Positions 1-10,900 of a stretch of 64,000 bases of DNA are shown piece after piece. This DNA comes from Zygnema circumcarinatum SAG 698-1b. Taxonomy: Eukaryota; Plantae; Zygnematophyceae. Under the pieces are notes generated by a model. That model was not told the DNA's origin. It saw only the letters and a list, made by a program, of their open reading frames with translations, and did no database searches. The stretch is taken from contig CM074806.1 of the NCBI GenBank assembly GCA_037447605.1, forward strand, positions 3,472,001 to 3,536,000. Reading direction: 5' to 3'. Numbering within the stretch: position 1 is the first letter of the stretch; every line of letters starts with the position of its first letter. A program made the position numbers and the translations under genes.

Positions 1-85
1 ATCTTTGTTATGCTTTTGTTTTGTCATGTTTCACGAGTGAACTTAGATATTGATGTGTTATATCCCATTTGGAGGGCGGTGGCAG

Positions 86-1533
86 GCATATGTTAACACA
101 TGGAAAGTGATGGCGGCTTTGGGATGTCCTCGCGATGCTTATGCGGAAGTACAGTTGGCATGCTTGCGGAATGCCGGGTTGGACCGTCTAATGGGGGCAA
201 TGCCAAGGTTCAATTTGCTTTATCTTTCGGAACCTCAAAACCAACTCTTTGCGCCGGTGGTCGATGGAACTTTCATTGAGAGTCAGATTTTGGAGACCTT
301 GAAGAGTGGAAATGTCAATAAAGGTAAACAGTTTAGCAAACTGTATGGCCAGTGGATACTTTGTAATGTTTAGGGCTGTACCTTCAAGTCCGACTGCTTG
401 TTGATACCGGCGAATTTTGAACACATTCAAACGATTTTGCCTACATCCCTATTTCTTATCCCTCTTTTCTCTGCCATTGTTGTGCTTTTGGCAGTTCCCT
501 ATTTGATTGGGAGTAACAAAGATGAAGGCCTTTTCATGGTGGGCGGTGCATTTACTGACCTTAATTCGCTCAGCGTAAACGACATCATTCAATTTATTGC
601 AACGGTTTATCCATCAGCAAATTATTCTCGTGTGTTGGAAGCGTACCCTGAATCAGATTATGCAGGTCCTACTTCACAACCTATTATACCTTCGGAAGTC
701 AATCTAATCGTTGCCATATTTCCACGTCGTTTGTGTGATCAATCACATTTACTTTCGCTTGGGTACACTTTGTCCGCCATTCTCCACCATTCTCTCAACC
801 ATTCTCTGAAATTTACCTGTTTCCTCATGTATGTATGTGCTGTTGTCTGCAGCCTATGAAGCCCCTTCATATCGTCGGCTCGCTCACATGTGGACTGACA
901 TTTATATGACATGTCCACTTGACCGGGCAGTGCGGATGCTATCTATGCAAAAGGTTCCAATCTATCGCTATTGGATGACACATGTGCCGAGCTGCCCATA
1001 TCGGGATCTAGGTTTGGGATCTGGAGGGGTGGCGCATGATGACCAAATATTCTTTGTGTTCAACAACACTAAAAGTTCGTTCCCAAGTAGACAATGCACC
1101 TTCACAAAGGTATGAATTTTTTTTTTTTCTTTTTTTTTTTCGTTTCGTTTTGTGTTTTCGCATTCAAGCAGCTTTCTGATTTGGCAGGTCAAAGGAACTT
1201 TCTCAGAATCTTCTTCGTCTTCATGTCCCGTACTCCTTTTAATTCTCAATTGGATTCTGGATGGAGCAGGACGAGCAAGATCTTGCCAATCAGATTGTCT
1301 TCGCTTGGGCAGCCATGGCCCGTGATGGCCATCCCTCGGTGCTCGATGGCATTGTGCCATGGCCGACATGGGACCCCATGAGGCAGCAGACCATGATCCT
1401 CGACATGCCTCTGCAATCATCTAAACTGGATTTCCAACAGCGGTGCTCTGTGTTTCGCCAAGAAGCGGTGTTCTTGGCTGATGGCATCTCTTCTCATAAT
1501 TCAGAAACTCACCCTACCAAAGAGGTGGCGTGA
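86..1533 (+). CDS. Type-B carboxylesterase/cholinesterase-family hydrolase, 3' part (5' end outside window); exons approx 86-322, 494-665, 854-1090, 1270-1533
   Basis: Spliced exons give FAPVVDGTFI, VPYLIGSNKDEG (catalytic Glu), WTDIYMTCP, VPIYRYWMTH, GVAHDDQIFFVF (catalytic His) and WAAMARDGHP...WPTWD, which are typical COesterase C-terminal motifs. GT-AG boundaries; stop TGA at 1531-1533. Confidence 0.85.
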
Positions 1534-2092
1534 CATCATTTTTTTTTTTTTTAGCTTCTGCGTTCTTATTCAGGGTATATTACTTCACCGGTATTTCCTC
1601 CTTCCGATTTAGGGTGTGCCTTTTGGTTTGCCATGTAATAAGACAAGAAGTTCTAGACGAGAGTCATGTGTAGATTTAAAAATATGAGGGTCAAGTTTCC
1701 AAAGTGGCATGAGTACAAAAGCTTCTGCATATGGAACAAATTTGCATTGGTGCTCGTGTTGAATGAATGGGAGTCCAAAGACAACACTTTCACAAAGCAA
1801 GAATTAACCCTTCGTCTCTTACTATGCTTATTGGGACCCAAATTACAGACGTTTAAGGGCACAACGTTTGCAACAGGCGACCTTCAAAAAAGAACCGAGT
1901 CACACCTTTATTAAAACAAGACCTTAAAATCAAAACAAGCTAAGCTAGGGACTCTATCCATCTAACTTCTACGATTTTTTTTGACAAGCAAGCACAACTG
2001 CCAGAAGCAATGATTGGTACATGTTCACTCTTGTTCTTTTGTGGTCGAAGTTGTGACTCTACTTTGCAAAACTGTCACAAATTCTCCAAGCG

Positions 2093-3253
2093 TTATTGCT
2101 CCTCATCAAGACCGGCAGCAGGAGCCGCGGAGGACTTCGTAGTGCTGATGTAAAGAACTGCAGCGATGGCATCATCAGGACAGAAATTGCCTATGTCAGC
2201 ATTCCTGCCCGATAACCAAAACCCTCCCTGGCATTTGAATGCTCACTCCGTTTCCACAAAACACATCAATCAGAACATTTGTGGCATAAGCATCGACTTG
2301 ACCCATGGCACACCCGCCATCAAGTGGTGAAAGCAGCCCAATGCAGGTTTCCTTGATCCCCATTCTTTTCTCGCTCTCCCCACATCAGAACAATAGGCTG
2401 CAGGACACTATCTTACCATTATTTCCACGAATAAACGCATCCCCGTATTTATTCTGCAACTGCCCGTTGACGTACTCTTCTGTCTGCTCCATGGCAATGT
2501 TCATGTAGCCATCCAGACAGGCCAATATTCCTGTAGACACATGCTTGTCATAAGAATAAAATGAGGTTGTCGGACACGTACAGTAGAATAAGTACATAAG
2601 ATGACAAACTTTGTGGTTGTCCTTCATATCATATTTTCGGTTACTAAGAAATTAGAACTTTGCTGAATCGAAACAGAAAAGACAATGGCATAAATGTGCT
2701 TGAGCGTCGACTGTAAGACATCCAGCCCGAAGATATCTTGTTCAATTCATATTGATATAGAAAACGATTTGAACTATCCCTTAAAATTTTGGTTAACAAT
2801 TGTCGAAAGAAGCAATTAATGTAAAGAAAGCTATAGAAATAGAGGACCAAATCCCGTTTTTTTCTTTCAACCCTTCCTCCTAAGTTGCTACTGCAACTTC
2901 ACAGCAGCATGCGTATGTTACCTCGGGTCCTTACACAGAAACTCTCGTGTATCACTCAGTTTGATTTGTAATCATAGAAGAAACCCTGAAATTATGTGAA
3001 AAAACTGTAATAAAATCGCATGTTGTGACGAAGAGAAATGCAAGATAGGGGGCATGTACAACCCCTCAACAAGGAAAAGCGAACGAACAGCTGTCACGGT
3101 CCAACATGGAATGTAGGGCGTTGGCAGGGTACTCCAGCACCCACCTCGATAATCGACGCCGGAATTAAGCTTCACCACTACTGGGCGGCCGCGAATGGAC
3201 TTGAGAAAGTCAGCCGGCGTCTTGGCTCCCCCGCCGCCACCGCCACCACTCAT
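2093..3253 (-). CDS. LSM6: Sm-like protein LSM6 (U6 snRNP / LSM1-7 complex); 3 exons approx 3253-3145, 2531-2412, 2158-2093
   Basis: MSGGGG..KTPADFLKSIRGRPVVVKLNSGVDYRG/ILACLDGYMNIAMEQTEEYVNGQLQNKYGDAFIRGNN/VLYIST is near-invariant LSM6 sequence. Confidence 0.97.
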
Positions 3254-3464
3254 CGCTTTCCAGAAACCGACTTGACGATGGATGGAACAGAGAGAAAGAA
3301 ATGCTCGAGAGAGAGAGAGAGAGAGAGAAAGGATGAGAATGAGAGAAAGCAAAGAACGAGTGGTCCCTTTTAGGGTTCACATTGTACGGCTAAGCGCTTC
3401 CGTATGGGAAGTACGGATGGCAAAAAGTCCGTACAAGGGACTTCTCAAGTTTTAGAGTTCAGAA

Positions 3465-3685
3465 TTAGAAGTTCTAATATTTATAGAATATCTAAAATTT
3501 CAGAGATTTAGAACACTTTTAGACCGGACGACCGTTGAAATTGAACGCAACGTACGGTCGCACGGTCGGTGATTGCCGCTGGCCCGTCAGAGAGAGCCTT
3601 TCGTACAGCCGTACGACTGTACAGCCGATCTAAAAGTGTTTTATAAAACGGCCTGACTTTTAGAATCTTTGATTGGAATTCTAAT
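3465..3685. repeat. Small imperfect foldback (MITE-like) in the LSM6 promoter
   Basis: TAGAACACTTTTAGACCGG (~3509-3527) is the inverted repeat of CCGATCTAAAAGTGTTTTA (~3625-3643). There are weaker outer inverted matches and an internal CGTACG cluster. Confidence 0.5.
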
Positions 3686-3797
3686 ACACGACACTGCGTC
3701 CTAATATCCATCCATCCATGTAAGTCAGACCTATTACATCACCTTGCGTGACATATTGGTACAATGGCAAGCGCCACATACATGTACAGTTAACAGT

Positions 3798-6545
3798 TGT
3801 AGCGTAACGGAGCTGCGTTCGACGGATTTGCGTCAGTTCAGTTGTACTTGACGTATGCCTCTTCCGTGTCACGGATCAACGGAATCCAGGAGCTGCCAAC
3901 GGAGATTGAGAGAAGGCGGCGCCATGCGTTGGCGGCCCACGGAACAGCACACCATCCAGCAAGGCGCACTCGGGAACACCGCCTGAGGCCGCCGATTATC
4001 ATTCGTTGACCTATCCGAAGGCTCCACGTAGTCAGTCAGGCCTCTCAGTGGGCAGTTGGCCAATTAGAGACTGTCACTGCTAAGACTCAAGATCTATTGT
4101 CAGTGTTAAGTAGATGGGATGTCAGTGATGCTTTTTTGTCTTTTAGTGCTGGGCTTAGTATTTGTATTTGCTGTGTGGTTTGTTGTCTTGTTCTTCTTTC
4201 TTCTTTTCCTTCCTCTTGATTCACAATGACGGATGCTAAGTAAGAGAGAGAGAGAGAGAGAGAGAGTTCCATGCCATAGATAGAGAGAGAGAGAGAGAGA
4301 AAAGAGTCTTCTTGCTGATAGCATTTAGACGTCCCATTCAGCCCAGTTAGACAAAGATTTCAGTGAGAAGACAATTTCATTGTAATGACATTCCCCGACC
4401 AACATTTGGTGGGGTGAGATTCTAAAATACCACCTTTATCTAAGTTGTGTCACATTTTCCTACTAACATCACTATACCAAGCCCCTATCTTGCTTTATCC
4501 TGCCTTGCATTGCTCTCAATGACCAATGATCACTAGAAGCACAGCTAAGAGACTAGTAGGAGAGGGCCGGGGAGGAGGGTCCCCAAGGAAGGGCTCTTTA
4601 GCATCAAGTCGGCGTAGGTGAGGCGTCTTGAGAATCGTCTTCGCTAGCGGCGTACCTCTCACGATCCAGGATCACGGCTACATCTTGCGATTACGGCACC
4701 ACCCCAACCCTACGTCGGTTCGGCCTGCGGACAGCGGTGGCCCGTCACGGCCTAACGACTAGCTCAGCGGTCTTTGTTTAACCCGCTATCTTGAGGTATC
4801 CGGGCGAAGGTTTTCGCGAGATCAGCGTACACAAATCGTGAAATTTGCCCGTCTATGACTTGCGTGTCACAGCGCCATGGATGAAGCTGCGGCCGAGGAC
4901 AAGCGAGATCTTCATGAGTATTATTGAGAGAAGACTTGGCACCTCAAGAAGAAGAAGAAACGGCGTCCCGGAAATCGAGGCGGATTGAACTTCGGAGAAG
5001 AAGCGGTCGAGAGAGAGGCGAAGATATAAGGCATCACGAAGAACCACTTATCGGTCGGCTTACCTTGAAGCGGTCGAGTGATTGAGCACCCGCGACTTCG
5101 AATCTCGGCGTGATGGCCACAACCGGTGGCTTAATCGCTACTGGCCAGGATGATGATCAAGCTTGCGGCCTGCCCGGTCCCGTCACGCGACGTAGATCGT
5201 GAAGAGAGGAGATGCCGTTCGAACACGAGGTCCCCACGCGGCCCCGAGGGCGGGAACCCGCGGGATACCGATTAGGATAGCTCTTGCACCGAGTCGCCTT
5301 CAAGCAGCTGCGGCGGCCGCAGCGATCTTCTGGCGAGCAAGGGAATCATCGAAGACACCCTCACCTCCGGCTTTCACGACTTACCCATCCGGCAGCCCAG
5401 GCGGCGGCGAAGAGGCGGGGCGTCGCATGGACCTCCGGCTTTGAACCAACTGCGAGAGAAGCACGAGAGTGGTCGAGTTCCCGGCAAGATGGAAGAGATG
5501 ATGACAAAACCCATGTACTTTGATTCCCTCGAAAAGAAAGTGAGGTGAGGGATACCACCGCATCAATACTCAGAGGCTTCCACCCAGCGTGAAGACGCAG
5601 CCCGGCCGAGACACCTTGAGGAGAAGGCGGTATAGCGGGGCTTTGAAGGAGGACCCGGTGGATCAAGCTTGCCCTTGGGCTATTTGGAAAGCTGACCTTG
5701 ATCAAGCGGAAGGCTGTCGGCGGCACAAAGCGGATATGCGTCGCCACCACGACAAAGGACACATTCAAGCAAGCTTTCGGACAACGTTGGATTTGAGGAT
5801 CCGATCCTTTGGCTGGCTGACAGGCTTGGCTACGCAGAATGCTTTCTACGATTGATGGCCCATTTGTTTGAATTCAGCGAGCGCTTTGTCTTTGCCCATG
5901 GCAAAATCGTCGAGAACTTGCTGACTTTTAAGTGCTCAGGTGGTTCCGCAAGGCCATCGGCCCGAGAAGGATCTCCACGGATGCGTGGTACGAGACCAAC
6001 CACCAGCCAGAATGCAGGCATTGTTAAACGAGGCGAGCAGGTGGAAGGATCAAGAAGAGGGCAACCGACATATGCGACCACATTACATGAAGCGCTAAAG
6101 TCAGCAAGATCGGCTCTACCGGCGGTTCACGAACCGAGAATCAGGTTGTTGATCCCTGCGCTACATCTACTTTCGAGACAAGCCTTCGCTTCTCACGTGA
6201 TCCTTTGCTCAAGGCGTCAGGGCGGCCCCTGTGGTGCAGCCTGCGGCCCATAGCGGCCGCAACCAAGCCCCTTCCCCTTTCCCCATACCCTCATGATCCG
6301 GCGCATCCCATTGAGCCAACGGTGAATCATCACATACCAGATGTTTCTCGTCCAGGGTATCGGGCTCCTTATTCCGATCGCACACCCGAAGAGAGAGAAG
6401 CTGCCAGGGCCGATCTGCGCCGTCGGATGACGGAGGCAGGGGTTCCGGAGGGCGTATGTCTTGCCTGCGGCCTGAATCATAATCCGCGGCTGCGTTGCGG
6501 ACCATGGACACTACGCATACAGCCGAATCCGCAGGACACTGATGC
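3798..6545 (+). mobile_element. Truncated LTR retrotransposon copy A: ~800 bp LTR (3798-~4600, starts TGTAGC, contains (GA)n) plus degenerate gag
   Basis: Reverse-complement homologue of 20130-22796. TG start; gag C-terminal CLACGLNHNPRLRC zinc-knuckle-like motif (~6459-6500); many frameshifts. Confidence 0.75.
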
Positions 6546-6548
6546 GAG

Positions 6549-7540
6549 TGTGTACATCGTGTTAGTGTTAGTGTATGATAGTTAGACATTGTATGTACGC
6601 ACTAACTTGTTGTGGTATTACTTCGGTTGTAGAACATAATGAGATCACACTTTAGAAGTAGTGCTCTTAGATTTAGGAATAGCCGATTACTCGGCTTCCG
6701 GGTGAAGTGCGCCAGTCTTGTAGTCACGAGCGGCGGTATTGATTAGACCTTGTGGCCGGCTTACATGTCGCGAGGAGAAGCAGACAGCGCAACTTTCATT
6801 GGTGATGAGCAGCTGACGCCCGAGATTCGCGCCCAATCTGAGACTGTAGCGCAACTTTGATTAGTGTGGCCAGCGAAAACGGGCGCCAAAGTTCTGCGGC
6901 GAAGCGACATAAGATATTTGGCGGCGAACGGAATCGCCCGCGTGAATTTTCGCAATGTGGGTCGCGAGTTGATGTCTGGTAGGGTATGCGTGGCCGAGGT
7001 AGGAAGAGGCTGGCGAAAGCAGCGTCTTTATGCGCGGACGGGTATGCGAGCGACAAAACTAGGTAAAGCTGCGTAAGGATTTCTGAGAACGCTAGCGATT
7101 CGTATTCTGATGCGCCCCCCGGACTTCGGTGCATGGGGTTTTGCAATGGCGGACGCGACGGCGACATGTGTGTCCGTCACGCGAGGGCCATATTATAGTG
7201 CATAGTTTTTATTACATAGAGTAACCCACCCACACTACTTTGTCATAGTCTCGGGTCTTATTCTGTGCCTGCTCGTGCTGCTAGGCTGCCTACACTTGTG
7301 TAGTGAGGTAGTGAGTGAGAGGGACCTTGAAGTAGTGGGGAGAACTTCATTGTGGGAAGACAGTTTTATTATAAGGAGTTTTAAAGCCGTGAGCTTTCTC
7401 CTAACACTCTCTCATTGTGATTTCCGCTGTGCTTGTCTTGTAGCTTCATTCTGTTGTTATGGGCGATGAGTGAAGTAAGATAGAGCTTTGAGTGTTTGAA
7501 TATCTTCATCGGGCGCTCAAGTTCGATGGGCGACACCAGG
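6549..7540 (+). mobile_element. Possible nested LTR or other repeat interrupting copy A
   Basis: Homology to copy B stops abruptly here. The segment starts TG, is non-coding, has a TATA-like element at ~7190 and ends ...GACACCA followed by GGTGGCG. No second copy exists in the window to confirm it. Confidence 0.3.
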
Positions 7541-7834
7541 TGGCGCGAGGAGGTGAGCAAACCTGCTTGACAAGTGGTGCTCGAGGCCCAGGTGAGAGAC
7601 CCGCGTGAAGTTCAACATCAGTTGATGGTTGGACTACAAGGGTGGAGATGGCGGCTGGTTCCCTTGCACCATTAGGCGAGGCATTTGGAGTACGTTGGCA
7701 GCACCATCAAGGCACCGGTGCGGCGGAGGAACCCGCGGCAGGCGGCAGTGGGAGTTGACCGCGGCTAAGCCAGATGGAGGACGAGACAACAAGGCCCTCA
7801 CCCGAGATGCGTCATGGCGTGAGGGAAGTCCCTA

Positions 7835-7934
7835 NNNNNNNNNNNNNNNNNNNNNNNNNNNNNNNNNNNNNNNNNNNNNNNNNNNNNNNNNNNNNNNNNN
7901 NNNNNNNNNNNNNNNNNNNNNNNNNNNNNNNNNN
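7835..7934. other. Assembly gap (100 N, unknown true size)
   Basis: Run of N. Confidence 1.
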
Positions 7935-10900
7935 GCACTCCCGTAGAATCTGCTCACATGGAGGATGGGCCACGGGTGTCTCCAATGAGCTGCCAGTGTC
8001 CCTCTCTCACTTGGATAGGTCAGAGTGTACACATGCGTGCGCGTGTCAGGCGCGCGGCACGGCGCGGCCGCGTGCATCAATGCACAGTTCAAGATGCTGT
8101 CACCAGCGCGGTGCGGCTGGCCTGCATGGGTGCCGCGGTAACCCATAATGCGGGCGTGGTTACGTTCAAAGCATGCAAGAAGATATCATCGGGTTCAGTG
8201 ATGCCGAAGCCACATGGCGGCGCCGATCGTATATGTCTCGGTGTGCGCCACGTCGAACCCTGCGGCCCCCGCAGCCTCGATCCCCAGGTGCCATCCAGGT
8301 AGTCCAGGCACCTGTGCACGCTGAGCCCATGAGTGGTGAGCAAACGCGCCTCGCTGCAGCCTCCGTGGGTGACGCTGTAACGTTCCGCTGCGTCTCCCCT
8401 GTGAGATGTGAGCGCAGGCCCCGTCACGTGCTCCTAATAATGGGCGCACCGTGGTCGACGGCGCGTCGAACTCTGCGTGATGGCCGGGAGGCCGCGGTGG
8501 TGCCGTGGTCACTCCAAGTTCCGCGGGGACAGCTCAGGAACCCCCATGGGCACATCACTCTGCTGGCCTTCGCCTCCAGTCCATCGTGCAGCACCGCAGT
8601 CAATTCATCCTCGGTCTTCAGGTGCTATGTTGGACCCCAGTACAGTGCCGACCGTTCAGCGAGGTGTTGATGGGCGGGAAGCCGACCCTTCTCACAAGAC
8701 GGTGGGCTTGAATGGTTTCAACTCGTCTTCAAAGTGGCCTCAGAGCTACATGGTGGGGAAATCATGATGTCCGTGGCTGCAGTGACTTTCACAACCAAGT
8801 GAAAGGGGATAGCACTTCACGTGGGATGGTGAATCCGACTCCCGCGCAGTTTGATTCGCTTCACGACCTTAAAAGGTCCTACTCTGAAGCGGACCGCGCT
8901 CTGCGTGTTCAGCGATAGCTTAGAGTCTAGAACCGCGTACTTTGCCAGCGCGCACCCGTCGCTCGTTAAAGGTGCATTGGGTCTGGGGTCGCGCCAAGGG
9001 TGCAGGCCTTTTGTCGCGGCTGAGCGGCTGGCAGGTCCTGCGTCCTGTCAGGCGCTCGGGTCCGGGCAAAAAACTGGGCTGGGAGGTGAGCTGATGGTGC
9101 CTCTGGTTTCGGGTGAGGGGGTGCTGTGGACGCACGTGTTCCGCGGTAGAGAGGGTGATCCCCTTGGTTGCAGGATTTTAGAGGATGTCACCAAAGTTCA
9201 AAAAGAAGGATGGTGAATCAACAAACTCACATCACATTATTGATGGCATCCTCCGCAGCTGGGAGGCGTTGGTAGTTACCATAAGGATAGTCCCGCAATA
9301 ATGTTGAGGTAATGTCAGGATGTGTTCATCATTCCATGTTCACATCAATTGAGGTGAGAAAGTTCTGCTGTCAACAGTCTGCTTGGTCCCCACGTTAAAT
9401 TGCTCCGTCCAAAGTGGCAGTAAAGTGGTGATCACAACCAGCACAATCTCTGGCTGAAGGCATGGCTCCAACTTATCGCGTAGCAGGTAGGATGATCGGC
9501 TGCAGCGGTCTTAGTGGTGGTGGGAGCTAACGTCTTTGTGAGCGACCGACAAGAGGCAAGGATGGAGTCATGCCAGGAGATGTGGCAGGAAGATCCTGAT
9601 GAGTGGTGGCAGATATCCATTCAGGAAGGGAGGTGTGAGGGGTTAGGCTCACCAGGGATCCTTGCAAGTTTCAGGGTGTTTCGAGGTTAATCAGTTAGAA
9701 GGGCCCATAGAATTTCACGTCCACCGAGGTCACGGCCACCAAAGCTCAAGTAGTGCCTCACGGGTTTGGCAGCTCCCGTGGTCTCGCTGGGGAGGTCATG
9801 TAGCTCACCCCAGATGGGGCTCCGTCATGCACGGCTGCACTGGCCAACTGCCTCACGTGATACCAAGATCCGACCTGCAGCACCAACTATCCTTATAGCC
9901 ATTGCTTCACCATTCAGAACAAAGAGATCACCGTGTGCCCCCTATGAGTCATCTCTCTGAGTCAGAGAGGCAGGAGGGTTGGAATGCATCAGTCATAGAG
10001 GGATCTATGACAAAGCATCCTGGGAAAACAGAGACTGAGGATCAGCGGCCCCTCACTCTCTGCATGTGATTCACAGCTGCGATGGCGGGCGCACAGTCAC
10101 GGATCAGGAGGTGCCTGCTCAGTCAGTACTGCTACCATCAGACCTCACGATGGTGGGAGCTGGCATCAAACCTTAAAGGAGAACTGAGCAGGTCATGCGC
10201 ACTAGGCAGGTATGTCTCACACAGTGAAGGACGTGACGCCGGCGAGTGGTCATCACCAGCGTGACCGCTTTCGCCCCTTCTAAATGCACACGGCGTGTGC
10301 TCGCGTGGACGCTGCAGGCGGTTCCTGTCTGTCTGCGGATGAGTTTGCTCGCGGGATTAGTTTGCGGCTTTCGTGCGCCGGAGGTCGCCGTGCAGTGGAC
10401 AAGACGGCGGTCGGCACGGTCCGAAGCGTCGCGGAGCCGCTTCGTGAGCTCGGCGGCAGGCTCAGATCAGGTGCGGTGACGGTGCAGTGGCCGCACACCT
10501 TCGAATAGTCCTGGCAATGAGGGTAGTAAAGGGGCAGGAAACATAATCATCAGGGGTAACCAGTTTGCTAGATTCTTGAATCAGCTTCCGAGAATAATCG
10601 GCAGAAGTGCAGAAAGAGGCCTGGCCTGATGCAGAGTCATCGGTGGCCATCAAAGTTGTCCACGGAAACTTAGCAGGGTCAGGTGAAGCCCTCATCATTG
10701 ATGTCCAGAGATGAGGCGACTCGCAATGCCATGGAGTGACAGCTGCTGCTCTGGCATGAAGTAATATCAAGAGTCTGAACACTGGCATTACAAGATGTGC
10801 TCGTCATCTTCTGGAGCAAGGATGTCATCAAGGTAGACAACAACCATCACTGCTTCTGAACATCTCGATAGTCAGTTCCCTGGAAAGTCTAAAGAAGCGT

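Noticed and set aside
3869-4063. Repeated 64 aa ORF MANCPLRGLTDY... (also 22531 and 23815)
   Set aside because: It lies antisense within the LTR and starts at TTG; its recurrence reflects repeat identity, not coding constraint.
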